Assembly: GCF_902713615.1 (NCBI RefSeq)
Contig: NC_052149.1
Location: 229,798,986-229,862,985, forward strand
Length of the DNA: 64,000 nt
Direction: 5' to 3'
DNA from: Scyliorhinus canicula
Lineage: Eukaryota
Within the stretch, counting starts at the first letter, position 1. Each line of letters begins with the position of its first letter. Positions 49,740 to 63,284 of the stretch are shown one piece after another. The position numbers and the translations under genes are program-made. Below the pieces are notes generated by a model. It saw only the letters and a program-made list of their open reading frames with translations. It did no database searches and was not told where the DNA came from.

Positions 49740-52720
49740 CGGGGTACAGCTGATTAGAGTGAATCCTGAAATTAGCCCAAATAAAGGAAACTATGATGGT
49801 ATGAGGCATAGGCTGGCTATGATGGACTAGAAAACATTACTGAAAGGAAAGACAGTGGACAGGCAATGGCAATATTCCAGGAGCGAATGGGTGAACTCCG
49901 AAAGTTGTTTATTCCTGTTTGGCGCAAGAGTAAAAAGGGAACTATAAAATGAAAATCGCTTATTGTCACAAGTAGGCTTCAATGAAGTTACTGTGAAAAG
50001 CCCTTAGTCACCACATTCCGGCTCCTGTTTGGGGAGGCTGGTACGGGAATTGAACCGTGCTGCTGGCCTGCCTTGGTCTGCTTTCAAAGCCAGCGATTTA
50101 GCCCAGTGTGCTAATCCAGCCCTTGGTCAAACTGACTTCCAAGGACAATTAGAGATTGTATTAGATTCAAAGAAGAGGCAGACGAGTTGTCAAAAAAATG
50201 CCATAGACCTGAGGATTGGAAACAGTTTAAAATTCAGCAAAGGGGGACCAAGGGATTGATTAAGAAGGGGAAAATACAATATGAAAGAAAGCTAGCGGGA
50301 GACATCGAAACTGACTGTTACAAGATGATGAGAGGATTAGATAGGGTGGACAGTGAGAGCCTTTTTCCTCGGATGGTGATGTCCAGCACGAGGGGACTTG
50401 GCTTTAAATTGAGGGGAGATAGATATAGGACAGATGTCAGCGGTAGATTCTTTACTCAGAGAGTAGTAAAGTCGTTGAATGCCCTGCCTGCAACAGTAGT
50501 GGACTCGCCAACACTAAAAGCATTCAAATGGTCATTGGATAGGCATATGGACGATAAGGGAATAGTGTAGAGGGACTTTAGAGGGGTTTCACAGGTCGGC
50601 GCAACATCGAGGGCCGAAGGGCCTGTACTGCGCTGTCACGTTCTATGTTCTATGTTCTAACTTGTGCAGGTATGTAAAGAGAAAAAGATTGACAAAAACG
50701 AATATAAGCCCCTTACAGTCAGAAACGGGGGAATTCATAACAGAGAACAAATAAATGGCCGAGCAACAAAACTCATGCTTTGTTTCTGTCATCACAAGGG
50801 AAGACATGAATAATATACCGGACGTTCTGAGAAACACAAGCTTTAGTGAGCAGCTGAAGGAAATCAGTATTAGTAGAGAAATTATTTTGGGGAAATTAAT
50901 GGGATTGAAAGTGGATAAATCTCCAGTGCCTGATAATTTTCATCCCAGAGTACTTGAGGAAGTGCATCTTAGAAATAGTACATCCATCGTGGTCATTTTT
51001 TCAAAATTCTTTGGATTCTGGAATGGTTCCGACAGATTGGAGGGTAGCTAATATAACCCCACTATTCAAACAGGGAGGTAGAGAGAAAACAGGAACGATA
51101 GACCAGTGAGACTAACGTCGGTAACGGGGAAATTGTTGGAGTCCATTATCAAGGATTTCATAGCACAGCATTTGGAAAGCAGTGGTGTAATCAAACAAAG
51201 TCAGCATGGATTTAACGAAAGATAAATCATGCTTGACAAATCTATTGAATTCTTTGACGATGTAACAAGCAGAGTTGACCAGGGAGAACATGTGGATGTG
51301 GTTTATTTAGACTTTCAGAAGGTTTTCGACAAGGTCTCACATAGCAGATTACTATGTGAAGTTAAAGCGCATGGGATTGTGGGTAGTGTCTTGAGATGGA
51401 TAGAAAGCTGGTTAGCAGACAGGAAGCAAAATGTTGGAATAAATGGGTCTTTTTCCGATTGGCAGGCAGTGACTAGTGGGGTACCGCAGGGTTCTGTGCT
51501 CGGACCCCAACTGTTCACATTATAGATTAATGATTGGTCAAGGGAACTAAATGTATTGGGCGGAATTCTCCGCAGGGGGCCGAATTCGTGAAGGCCGTCG
51601 TGAACTCGGCCGAGGTTCACGACGGCCTCGGAGCCCGCTCCCCGCACCTAATTCATCCCCACCCGGGGGGTTAGGAGTGGGCCTCCGTCTTTCTCGGCAG
51701 CGAACTCGTCACGCCGAGAATGACGCGCGTCCGGCGCATTTGTGAAGTCATGCGCAGGTTGCCGGTTCCAACCCGCGCATGCGCAGATGACTTCATCGTG
51801 CAGACGGCATGAACCCGCGCATGCGCGGTGGCCGTCTTTCTCCTCAGCTGCCCGGCAAGACGTGGCAGCTTGATCTTGCCGGGCGGTGGAGGGGAAAGAG
51901 TGCGTCCGTTTTGGACGCTGGCCAGATGATCGATGGGCACCGATCGGGGGCCTGTCCCCTCCCGAGCACAGTCATGGTGCTCCCGTCCCAATCGGGCCCC
52001 TAGATGGTCCCAAACGGGCATCTGGCACCCGTTTCACAAATGCAGCGACCAGGTGTGGTTGCTGCCGTGTTGAAACGGGCGTGAAGGGCTGGCCGCTCGG
52101 CCCATCAGGCTCGGAGAATCGGCGTTCGCCGTGAAAAACGGCGAGCGGCGATTTTTCCGAGCGGAGGGGGGAGAATCACGGGGCGCGCCAGGGGGTGTAA
52201 AAAATGTCGGGGGGGCCCACCCGCGATTCTCCCAGGCCGTGTGGGGAGCGGAGACTTCTGCCCATTATCTCCAAATTTGCAGATGATACAAAGTTGGGTG
52301 GGAGGGTGAACTGTGAGGAGAATATAGAGATGCTTCAGCGGGATTTGGACAGGCTGAGTGAGTGGGTACATGCGTGGCAGATGCAGTATAATGTGGATAA
52401 ATGTGAGGTTATCCGCTTTGATAGTAAAAATAGGATTGCAGATTATTATTTGAATGGGTATAAATTGAGAGAGGCGGATACTCAGCGAGTCCTCGTGCAT
52501 CAGTCGCTGAAAGTAAGCGCGTAAGTACAGCAGGCAGAAAAGAAGGCAAATGGTATGTTAGCCTTTATAGTGAGAGTGTTTGAATGTAGGAATAGGGATG
52601 TTTTACTGCAATTGTATAGGGTATTGGTGAGGCCACAACTGGAGGATTGTGCAGTTTTAGTGTCCTTATCGGAGGAAGGACGTGCAATGAATGGAGTGCA
52701 GCGAAGGTTTACCAGGCTAA
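49740..52720 (+). mobile_element. Decayed CR1 LINE ORF2 hosting a nested SINE, a younger CR1 3' end (about 50317-50659) and a MITE
   Basis: VYLDFQKVFDKVSH, SGVPQGSVLGPQLF, ISKFADDTKLGG. Confidence 0.88.
51558..52263. mobile_element. Harbinger-like MITE (706 bp)
   Basis: TIRs gggcggaattctccgc / gcggagacttctgccc, TSD att. Excision restores the CR1 sequence aaatgtattatctccaaatttgcagatgat. Confidence 0.88.
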
Positions 52721-53384
52721 TACACTCTCCATCCTGACTTGGAAATATATCGCTGTTCCTTCACTGTCACTGGGTCAAAATCTTGGAACTCCCTCCCTAA
52801 CAGCACTGTGGGTGCACCTACACCACAGGGACTGCAGCAGGTCAAGAAGGTGGCTCAGCACCACCTTCTTAAGGGCAATTAGAGTTGGGCAATAAATTCT
52901 AGCCTGGCCAATTATGCCCTCATCCAGTAAAATTAATTTAAATGGCCTCAGTCCCTTGGTTTGGTCACTTTTCAATACTTCCAGGCTAACCCGCTGGTTA
53001 CTTCCTTTTGCGTTCAGACGCTATGAGGCCCACTGTGGATTCTCGCACCAGCTTCAAAAAATTCAACCTTCACAAGATTCAAACAGAGACTGAGCCTCAC
53101 CCATCTCCACACGACCAACGGCAAAGTTAATGTTTTACTCTGCTTGCACTGCAGATCTATCTAAGTCATTTACTTTCGCAAACCACATGAGGTCCAAACT
53201 GCAACGAAAAGTAGTGCTGTGATAGAAGACAAGTGTTGCAGTGGCTGTCACTGAGATAATGAGTTAGGCTGCATTGTGGGGAGCTTGTTGGGTGCCGTAA
53301 CCAGCTGTGTGTAGAACATTAATAGAAAAGCATAATTGGACTACTTCCTTTGACATATTAAAAAGCATCTGAATAGATGACAAC

Positions 53385-53987
53385 TGTTATGGACCAGGCC
53401 TTAGAAAGTCCAAAGTATATTATGAAGTCCACCTGACCTACAACCTTTATGTTGAATTTGGCTAGGATGGGCACAAGAGCCTTCACTTGAGGTGTGATTC
53501 AACAATCTTCCCAGACACTTTAATCAAACAAGCTTTATTCTAAAAACTTAGTTAACATTTATATAAACACACACCAAAAATTACAGACATAAAGACACCA
53601 CACATCTTCAGTAATAACACTTAATGAATTCCCCCTTAACTGTTCCAATTCAAAAACAAAATCCCATAAACCAAAACCCACTTTTCAAGGATGTCGCCCA
53701 GCACTCCGCGTTCTCACTTGAAGAAGACTGGCTTTCCCTGAATATATCTTTTAAGTCATCAAAGCAGGTAGTCACAACCCGTTTACTTCTAGAACAGATA
53801 TTTAAAATGAAAATGAAGAGAGGCAGACCAAAACACTTATTTTCTCTGGCTGTAATCCACAGCAGTCAAAACTGAAAGCGAAAGTAAAGCAAACCTCACA
53901 GCCGCAGCTCAGCTCCACCCACAAAATGACATCAGTGAAGCCATGTGATCAGACAAAAACCTCTCTCAAAGAGACACTCACATGACA
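53385..53987 (-). mobile_element. Solo LTR (603 bp)
   Basis: TGTTATG...CATGACA termini, 4-bp TSD caac, minus-strand AATAAA. Confidence 0.75.
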
Positions 53988-56296
53988 CAACACATTGAAA
54001 GTCTACAAGAAATCTTGCAGGATAAATACTAACCAGATATATCAAAGTTTGAGGCTCATCAGATTACTGTTGAATTTATAATTACCCAGTTTTGCTTGTA
54101 GAGAGGTGGGAAGATTACTTTATCAGAAAATGGGACGGGCCCTGAACTATCTACAGTATATTTTTGCATAGTCAGTCCTGTGTGTTTTGGCGCCATATCC
54201 CAGGGTCCAAGAACCAGAGTTTTTTTATTCTTGAATTGATCGGAATGAAATGAAATGAAAATCGCTTATTGTCACGAGTAGGCTTCAGTAAAGTTACTGT
54301 GAAAAGCCCCTAGTTGCCACATTCCGGCGCCTGTTCGGGGACGCTGGTATGGGAACTGAACCGTGCTGCTGGCCTGCCTTGGTCTGCTTTAAAAGCCAGC
54401 GATTTAGCCCAGTGTGCTAAAGGTTGTGACAGGCTTGAACACATTGATGTCACTAAACTTTAAATTATTTGCAAAGCTGCAGAGTGAAGCCAAAAATCCA
54501 TTATCTTAATTTATGGACAAGTTAACAATTACACAGGGAATTATCCTCCATCACAATCTTAATGAAGGTACTCTGATTTTCATATCTTCATTGCCAGGGT
54601 CCTGAATCAGAACATTAAGTTTCCCTTTTTACCCACCCGTGCATAATTTCATTTTTCTAAATACCATTAATTGTATTTTAAATTTAGAAAATGTATAAAT
54701 TTGCTGAATTCCTAGATTTTTGAAATTATGTTTTGGGATTTAAAAAAAAAAATTGACATGGATTAAAATGTATTATCTTGAGAAAAGGGGCAGCATGGTG
54801 GCACAGGGGTTGGCACTGCTGCCACACAGCTCCAGGGTCCCGGGTTCAATTCCGGCCTCGGGTCACTGTCTGTGTGGAGTTTGCCCTTTCTATCCGTATC
54901 TGCGTGGGTTTCCTCCGGGTGCTCCGATTTCCTCCCACAGTCCAAAGATGGGCAGGTTAGGTGGATTGGCCGCGCTAAATTGCCCCTTAGTGTCCAAAAG
55001 GTTAGGTGGGGTTACTGGGTTATGGAGATAGGGTGGAGGTTTGGGTAAGGTGTTCTTTCCAAGGGCCGGTGCAGACATGATGGGCCGAATGGCCTCCTTC
55101 TGCTCAGTAAATTCTATGATCTATGAAACCTTTCCCAGAAAACATCCTGACAAATTGAACCCAGAGAGCCTTTGTATGCTCCGCCATCTCCTTGACGATC
55201 TAACTCTCTGGTTTGTCCTCGAGTTAATTATCCTTCATTTACAATTAGTCCAGCTAAGGTAACGTAACTGCTGTTTTATAGCTCTATCGCTTTGATTCTG
55301 ACTATATTAAACAAATAGACCTTCGGAACAGCCATTTCTTTAGGGGTCCTGCATTTAAATACCGTACCTCGACAGTGATAACGTTCCCAGGACTAAACAT
55401 TGCCTCTAAAATATTCATATGATCCATGAACTAGATGTTTGCAACAATAACTACAGGGAGGTCTGGTCTGCATCACTTCCAGATAATTGAGGTTTCCAGA
55501 GCCAATAAGCTTTTTTTTGGCCATAGGAATGTTGTGCAGAAAATCTCAGCCAAGATAAGCAAATTCGCGAAGGCTTTTCCAGGCACCAAGAATTTTCTGA
55601 ACAATTGGGATGGTGCCGGCAACAATATTGAGTGCCAAAAAAGTTTCAGTTTAGTCCCCGTGGTTTCTGTAAGGTCGTAAATCTGAACCTGAGCCAGGAT
55701 TTCTGGTCTTCAACATAACCAAAGGCACAAATAAAGCATTCAACTTTACTGTGTATAAAGTAAAGTAAAGTAGCCATTGAATCATAGAATCTACAGTGCA
55801 GAAGGAGGCCATTCAGCCCATCGAGTCTGCACCATCTCTGGAAAGAGCACCCTACTTAAGCCCACACCTCCACCCTATCCCGTAACCCAGCAACCCCACC
55901 TAACCTAAGGGCAATTTAGCGCAGCCAATCCACCTAACCTGCACAGCTTTGGAGTGTGGGAGGAAACCGGAGCACCCGGAGGAAACCCACGCAGACACAG
56001 GGAGAACGTTCAGACTCCGCACAGACAGTGACCCAAGCCGGGAATCGAACCTGTGACCCTGGCGCTATCCAGGTAATAGGGACCCAAGGGTGCTTTCACC
56101 TTTGTGGGGAAAGGGCTGACTGATGGTGATTTAACCTAAGGATCACCTCAGGCAAGGGGCAAGGTTGAGAAGGGGGTTGGGGGGGGGGGGGGGCCTTCAT
56201 GAATAATCTCAGCTGGAACGGGAATTGAACTTGTACTGTTGGCCTCACTCTGCATCATGAACCAGCTGTCTAGCCAACTGAGCTAAACCAGCCAAG

Positions 56297-59230
56297 GGGG
56301 TCGGAGGACCAGCAGCAGGGTTACCAAAACCATCTGGGAGGTAGTGCCAGCGGCTGTCAGTGCGGGCAGCATGGCCAGGAGGACCACGGTAAGGGCAGCA
56401 CGGTAGCCTTGTGGATAGCACAATTGCTTCACAGCTCCAGGGTCCCAGGTTCGATTCCGGCTTGGGTCACTGTCTGTGCGGAGTCTGCACATCCTCCCCG
56501 TGTGTGTGTGGGCTTCCTCCGGGTGCTCCGGTTTCCTCCCACAGTCCAAAGATGTGCAGGTTAGGTGGATTGGCCATGCTAAATTGCCCTTAGTGTCCAA
56601 AATTGCCCTTAGTGTTGGGTGGGGTTACTGGGTTATGGGGATAACGTGGAGGTGTTGACCTTGGGTAGGGTGCTCTTTCCAAGAGCCGGTGCAGACTCGA
56701 TGGGCCGAATGGCCTCCTTCTGCACTGTAAATTCTATGATATCTATGATATCTATGACCACCGAGCTGTAAGGTTAAGTTACCATCTCTCTCCTGGCATC
56801 AGTTCCGCCTGTCACCCCTGAAATTTCAAACACCTCCCCCCCCCCCGCTCCTCCATCTCGTACCCTCTCCACATCCGATCTTTGTGCTTGTTCCTCAGTA
56901 TCCCCTGGCACCCACTACCACAACCCCTTCATGCCCAAGTGCGGTGCCCACACGTGCCACCTGCCATAGTCATCCTGATCTATCAAGTGTGCGGTTCACA
57001 ATGCCCTCTCTTTTTGCCCCCGCAGGACACAATAGCCCATAATAAGCGGGAAAGGGCAAAGATTGGAGCAGAGAACCAGAGATCTGAGTCCTTATCCCCA
57101 ATGGGTCCTGGAGATTGTGGGATTTAACCGAGGAGAGAGCAATCATTGACAGAGAGGTTGGCCTGGGCCACAGAGGTGAGGATTCACTGTCCCTTCACCC
57201 AGCTGACTTGTCTCAAGTGAGCTATTCATGTCAGACAAAGTGTTCCCTCCCTCTCGCTGACCACATGTCTATTTTCCTGCAGGATTTCCATCTGACAGGG
57301 CCAGGATATCCAGAGTCTCTCTCTCTCTCTCTCTCTCTCTCTCGCCCCCCCCCCCACCCCCCACCCCCCCCCCCCCCCCCCCCCCCCCCCACCCAACCAC
57401 CTCCCAAGAGACCACCTCAGACCACAGCTCTGAGGAGACCTCCATCAAGCGTATCTGACATCCTCACGCCGGAACGCAACAAAGTGGTCAACAGGCAGCC
57501 CTGAGAATCAGGACCCCACCCACCATGTTCAAATAGTCAATTAACGGGTTCTTGTGATCATCAGCAGTCCCACCGACTGCAATAATACACGATGAATCCA
57601 ATAGTGCGATAAGGGAAAACGCTAGGTGGGAAATTCATTTATTCTGTCCACAGTTGTCGATGAAGAGGATTTAAAGCTGGAGTTGAGTTTGACTTTAGCA
57701 CTCTGGCCTGCTGTGGTTTGTTATTCTAGGAATTCAGTGGCATTGATGGACGACATTAGTTGCTGGTACAAATCAGGTGGAGGCAGGAACATCCAAGGGG
57801 GTCAGCAGTCGGGGGTCTGCTGGATCCCAGGATGCAGCTGGGTCCCGGTCAGAGGCCAAGACGCTGGATAAGGTTCTCCCAGAGCTGATGCAGATGCTGG
57901 GACACGGCCATGAGATTCAGGAGGGGATGTCAGTGGCTCTCCAGTGAGTGCAAAGCCGATTGGAGGAGTCCCAAAGGCTACGGGCGGGGGAACAATGCCA
58001 ACAATTCATGGTACTGAGGCCAAAACTGCAAGGGCAGCGACTGCAGTAGAAAGCTTTCGGCATGAGGCCAGCGTCTTGAGTGGTGGTGTCCAAGGCATGG
58101 CTCAGTCTGTGACAACCATGGCTGAGGGCCTCGACATCATGGCCCAGACGCTGAGGGACATGTCGCAGACACAGATGGACATTGCTGAGGTACTGTAAAA
58201 TATGTCCCAGTCACTGAGGGATATGTCGCAGACACAGGTGGACATTGCACAGGCTCCAGAATGTGCTTAGTCATCAACATCATGGTGCAGACAATGGGGA
58301 GGCGTCTGGCCTAGCAGAGCTGGATGATGCAGAGACCTCTGGAGCTTAGTCCAACACTCCCTCTGTCCCATGGAGATTCTCAGGGTCCTACGGGCACTGT
58401 CAGGTAGGAGGAAGCACTGGAGGCAAACACGGGGCCTGTCATTAAGGAGACAACGGCACTCTCCAGTTCTTCAGAATCCTCCCCCACCAACATTGGCACA
58501 TCTCAAGGACAGCAGGTAGAACAGGGTGATGTCAATGACATCGGTAAGTTGGCCGGGGCCCTCCGATTCCAGGCCCTCTATAGGATGTTCACTGTTAAAG
58601 CACGTTACACCTGAAGCCTCTGTCACTTTAATCTTCTCAGCCCCACAAGCCCCCATTCGAGCCCTGGAATGAACCGGTTGCATTAAAGTTCAGGACTGCG
58701 TTGACCTTCATGGCCCCCGGGATCGGGTATTCTCCTACTCCCTGGGATGCCAGGTCCGCGAGAACATGGCACAGGTGCCGCACTGTCTCTTTGTTGAGAC
58801 AGAGTGTCGTGCGGCACGCGCTGTCAGTCATAGCCTCAAAAGACCAACGGCACCTGTACATCTTGGGCTGTCACTGGCGTCCCTCTCTGGGTTCTTCCTT
58901 GGTCTGATGGGCGGCCAGGCCTTTGGGGATGTGGGGCCACGCCCTGCACACGAGGTGCCGCCTCCAGCCTGCGGGCAGCATTGCTGCTGCCTTTTCCGCT
59001 GTGTGGCCTGCAGGGCTGCCCCCAGCACTGCGATGGCATCTTCTGCGGGCCCAACACCGCTATCCATTTTGGCATCTTCAGGAATTGGAGAAGAGAAGAG
59101 ACCGACAATCAGATAGGACTTCCACCCCAGGACCCTCAAATCCCCCAAGCCTCCCCACCTTTACATGCCCCGCCTTCTCTCCGTGCGCCATCTTCCGTGC
59201 CAGTTATGCTGGAAAACCTTATACTGCACA
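56297..59230. mobile_element. Decayed two-gene Harbinger: Myb/SANT-like gene (+, about 56297-58570) and transposase N-terminus (-, about 58600-59110)
   Basis: TIWEVVPAAVSAGSMARRT and, after a cgcag acceptor, DTIAHNKRERAKIG (trihelix/Myb-like). YRCRWSFEAMTDSACR...KVNAVLNFNATGSFQ is HARBI1-like. Confidence 0.72.
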
Positions 59231-60700
59231 CTCACCCTCGGCCACATGAAAATGAAAATGGCTTATTGTCACAAGTAGGCTTCAAATGAAGTTACTGTGA
59301 AAAGCCCTTAGTCGCCACATTCCGGCGCCTGTTCGGGGAGGCTGGTACGGGAATTGAACCGTGCTGCTGGCCTGCCTTGTTCTGGTTTAAAAGCCAGCGA
59401 TTTAGCCCAGTGTGCTAAACCAGCCCCTAGATCCCAGATCCCTGCTGGGAACATTAGGGAGACCGTGCTCAATTGCACTTACCTAATCCACACACTCACA
59501 TTTGGTCACGACGATATCCCCAGTGCTGAAGTCCAGCTCTTGAGTGTTTGATTATTGGCTGCTGCCTGTATGGTGCTGACATTTCTAGCGTTCAGGCAAA
59601 CTGTTCAGGCTCCTACGTTTGTGATGCAATAATCACCCTCTGAGACATCGCACGTGTACCCGTGAGAACCCACTTGAGAATTATTAAACAATCAATAGTA
59701 AGACAAATTTGAAGATCAACTACGTAACATTCCACATATCACACTAACCATTAAACAACAAGGAACCATCACCGTTCCATATTGGTACCAATACAATGAA
59801 ATGAATGAAATGAATGAAATGAAAATCGCTTATTGTCACGAGTAGGCTTCAATGAAGTTACTGTGAAAAGCCCCTAGTCGCCACATTCCGGCGCCTGTCC
59901 GGGGAGGCTGGTACGGGAATCGAACCATGCTGCTGGCCTGCTTGGTCTGCTTTAAAAGCCAGCGATTTAGCCTGGTGAGCTAAACCACCAAAGCTACATC
60001 AGCTCATTTTCACAAAAGAAAACAAACATACAGTATCACCTCTCGCAGATTCCTCAACAGAAACGGAGGATAAGCCTGAGAATGTGCTATCATGTCCAGG
60101 ACTTTGTCATACAAATGATCTGTCCATCAATGTGTGACTTGTTCCACGTACCATAGTCATTCTCTGCCCAGGAGCTGCAGCTGTGTAGGCCCCTCCCACA
60201 CGGCCCAATCTTGACTGCACCACTTCAGAATATTTTGCTTAATAAACGATCAACAGTGCCAGCATTGAAAAATATGAAAACAAACTACTTAACAGTCCAT
60301 CGCATTAACCATTAACCAACTGGGAAAATGCACCATGCCAGACACACAATTGCATTTTCGCCACAGAACATTGGTACAAAAACAACGATACAGCTGTTCA
60401 TTAAACAGTACAATGGTCACCAGCAATCTGTAAAAGTATCTCTTCAACACCTTCTTCAAGTTGCTCATTCAGATCAACCCCCCCACTCTCTCCCCTTCAC
60501 GCAGCTCCCAGCAGTAGAATCTCAACAGTGGAAAGTTGGCTGCACCACTTGAGAATATTTTCTTTATTAAACCTTGACGCAAAAAGAAGAAATCTATCAA
60601 TTTAACAGTCCATGAATCGCACTAACCATTCATCAAAAAGGGAAAGGCCCCATGCCCCCCCCACACACACACACACACACACACATACAAGTACCTTTAT

Positions 60701-62324
60701 GTACCTTCATTTCATTTCATGCTACAGAATATTGGTACAAACACAAAGCTACAACATTTGTACAAAGGAGACCAAACAGACTGTATCATCCCACACCGGA
60801 CCTCAACAGAATGGAGGACCTTTACTGTGCTGTTGTTTTACGTATCATTCTCTGCCCATTAGCCTACGTTACATAGGCCTTTTTAAAACATCTTTTTAAT
60901 CTCCTCATTTTCAACATTTTCATCAAATAGACAACAAAAGAAAAAACAAACAAAAAACAAATATAATGACAATCCCCCAAACAAAAACAGCCCCCCCCCC
61001 CCCTCAATATACAGACCAAAATATCCACCCGTGCATTCCAGGTAAAAAATTAACAGTCAATCAGTCAATCAGTAAACAGTGCAATCAAAAAGAACAATAA
61101 TCCCTCCCCTTCCCCTCCTTAATGTTCAATGGCAACCAACTCTCGAAAGTGCACGATAAACAGTGCCCATGAACTGTAGAACCCTTCCCTCACCCCCCTC
61201 AGGTCAACCTTCACTTTCTTGAAAGTCAGATATTCCAGCAGGCCCCCCCCCCCCCCCCCCCCCCCGCCACGCCGAGACACAGGGTGGAGAAGCTCCACCT
61301 CCACATCAACAGGACCCGCCTCCAGGGCAATCGGCGAGGTGAAGGCAAAAGCATCTGCCCCCCCCCCCCCCCCCCCCCCTCACCCGCCTGCAGCCCGAGC
61401 TGGTCCGACACCCCGAAAATGGCATCTAGGGGCTCTGGTTCCAAGTTCACGTGTAGAACCCCCGAGATTATAGAACATAGAACAGTACAGCACAGAACAG
61501 GCCCTTCGGCCCTCGATGTTGTACCTTCATTTCATTTCATGCTACAGAATATTGGTACAAACACAAAGCTACAACATTTGTACAAAGGAGACCAAACAGA
61601 CTGTATCATCCCACACCGGACCTCAACAGAATGGAGGACCTTTACTGTGCTGTTGTTTTACGTATCATTCTCTGCCCATGAGCCTACGTTACATAGGCCT
61701 TTTTAAAACATCTTTTTAATCTCCTCATTTTCAACATTTTCATCAAATAGACAACAAAAGAAAAAACAAACAAAAAACAAATATAATGACAATCCCCCAA
61801 ACAAAAACAGCCCCCCCCACTCAATATACAGACCAAAATATCCACCCGTGCATTCCAGGTAAAAAATTAACAGTCAATCAGTCAATCAGTAAACAGTGCA
61901 ATCAAAAAGAACAATAATCCCTCCCCTTCCCCTCCTTAATGTTCAATGGCAACCAACTCTCGAAAGTGCACGATAAACAGTGCCCATGAACTGTAGAACC
62001 CTTCCCTCACCCCCCTCAGCTCAACCTTCACTTTCTTGAAAGTCAGATATTCCAGCAGCCCCCCCCCCCCCCCCCCCCCCCCACGCCGAGGCACAGGGTG
62101 GAGAAGCTCCACCTCCACATCAACAGGACCCGCCTCCAGGGCAATCGGCGAGGTGAAGGCAAAAGCATCTGCCCCCCCCGCGCACCCGCCTGCAGCCCGA
62201 ACTGGTCCGACACCCCGAAAATGGCATCTAAGGGCTCTGGTTCCAAGTTCACGTGTAGAAACCCCGAGATTATAGAACATAGAACAGTACAGCACAGAAC
62301 AGGCCCTTCGGCCCTCGATGTTGT
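60701..62324. repeat. Direct tandem duplication, period about 820 bp (unique DNA, L1 3' end on -, SINE tail)
   Basis: 60701-61520 is nearly identical to 61521-about 62324. Confidence 0.93.
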
Positions 62325-62741
62325 GCCGAGCAATGATCACCCTACTCAAACCCACGTATCCACCCTATACCCGTAACCCAACAACCCCCCCCCCTCCTAA
62401 CCTTACTTTTTTTTTAGGACACTACGGGCAATTTAGCATGGCCAATCCACCTAACCCGCACATCTTTGGACTGTGGGAGGAAACCGGAGCACCTGGAGGA
62501 AACCCACACACACACGGGGAGGACGTGCAGACTCCGCACAGACAGTGACCCAGCCGGGAATCGAACCTGGGACCCTGGAGCTGTAAAGCATTTATGCTAA
62601 CCACCATGCTACCGTGCTGCCCTATATAATTAACAGTCGATGGATTGGTCTGGGAACGGCGTCAATTTTGCTGTTGTAGAACACCACCGATTCAGTCCAG
62701 TGTCAACACTTAGCCTCTGAAACGGAAAACTCCGACGCAGG

Positions 62742-62990
62742 TGTGGTGATTGTATATCAGTGTAGATGCAATACAACTGAGCAAGCACTAGAGGGAGCAC
62801 GGGCGAGATATAAATACAGAGGAACAGGAAGTCAGAACACACTTCCCAGAAGGGGGAACTGGTAGCAGGACATAGACAAGCAGCATCGAGATAACTGTAA
62901 GTTAAGCTCTGAAGACAGAACAAACTCACAATAAAGCATCTACTTCAACTTTGAGACTACGAGCTTTATTAAGACACAAGGAACAGCACA
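62742..62990 (+). mobile_element. Short solo LTR (249 bp)
   Basis: TGTG...CACA termini, 5-bp TSD gcagg, TATAAA and AATAAA. Confidence 0.82.
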
Positions 62991-63284
62991 GCAGGTATTG
63001 ATGGGTGAGTTCAAAATGGGGGAGGGGCATTTAATGAAAAAAGGCTGCATAAGATTCTAACTTTTGCAGCTGGTAAAATATCCTCTGCTCCTGGATCAGT
63101 GACAAGTCTCTTTCAATGTAAAACTGGCATAAAATAGTCATGCAATGTACTCCTATGGAATTCCTGACGTCTGTGAACTGTTCCAAGTCTGGTACATTCG
63201 GTTAAATTTGGAACCCCGTCTTAAATTTCTAGGCTCCATTTTTTGTGACCTGTCAGGTTTCCCCATGAGCCCTATTGCAAGTCA

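Noticed and set aside
55120-55740. Unique sequence with an 81-aa ORF; possible exon of a neighbouring gene
   Set aside because: No recognisable protein in the frames examined and no convincing splice pair.
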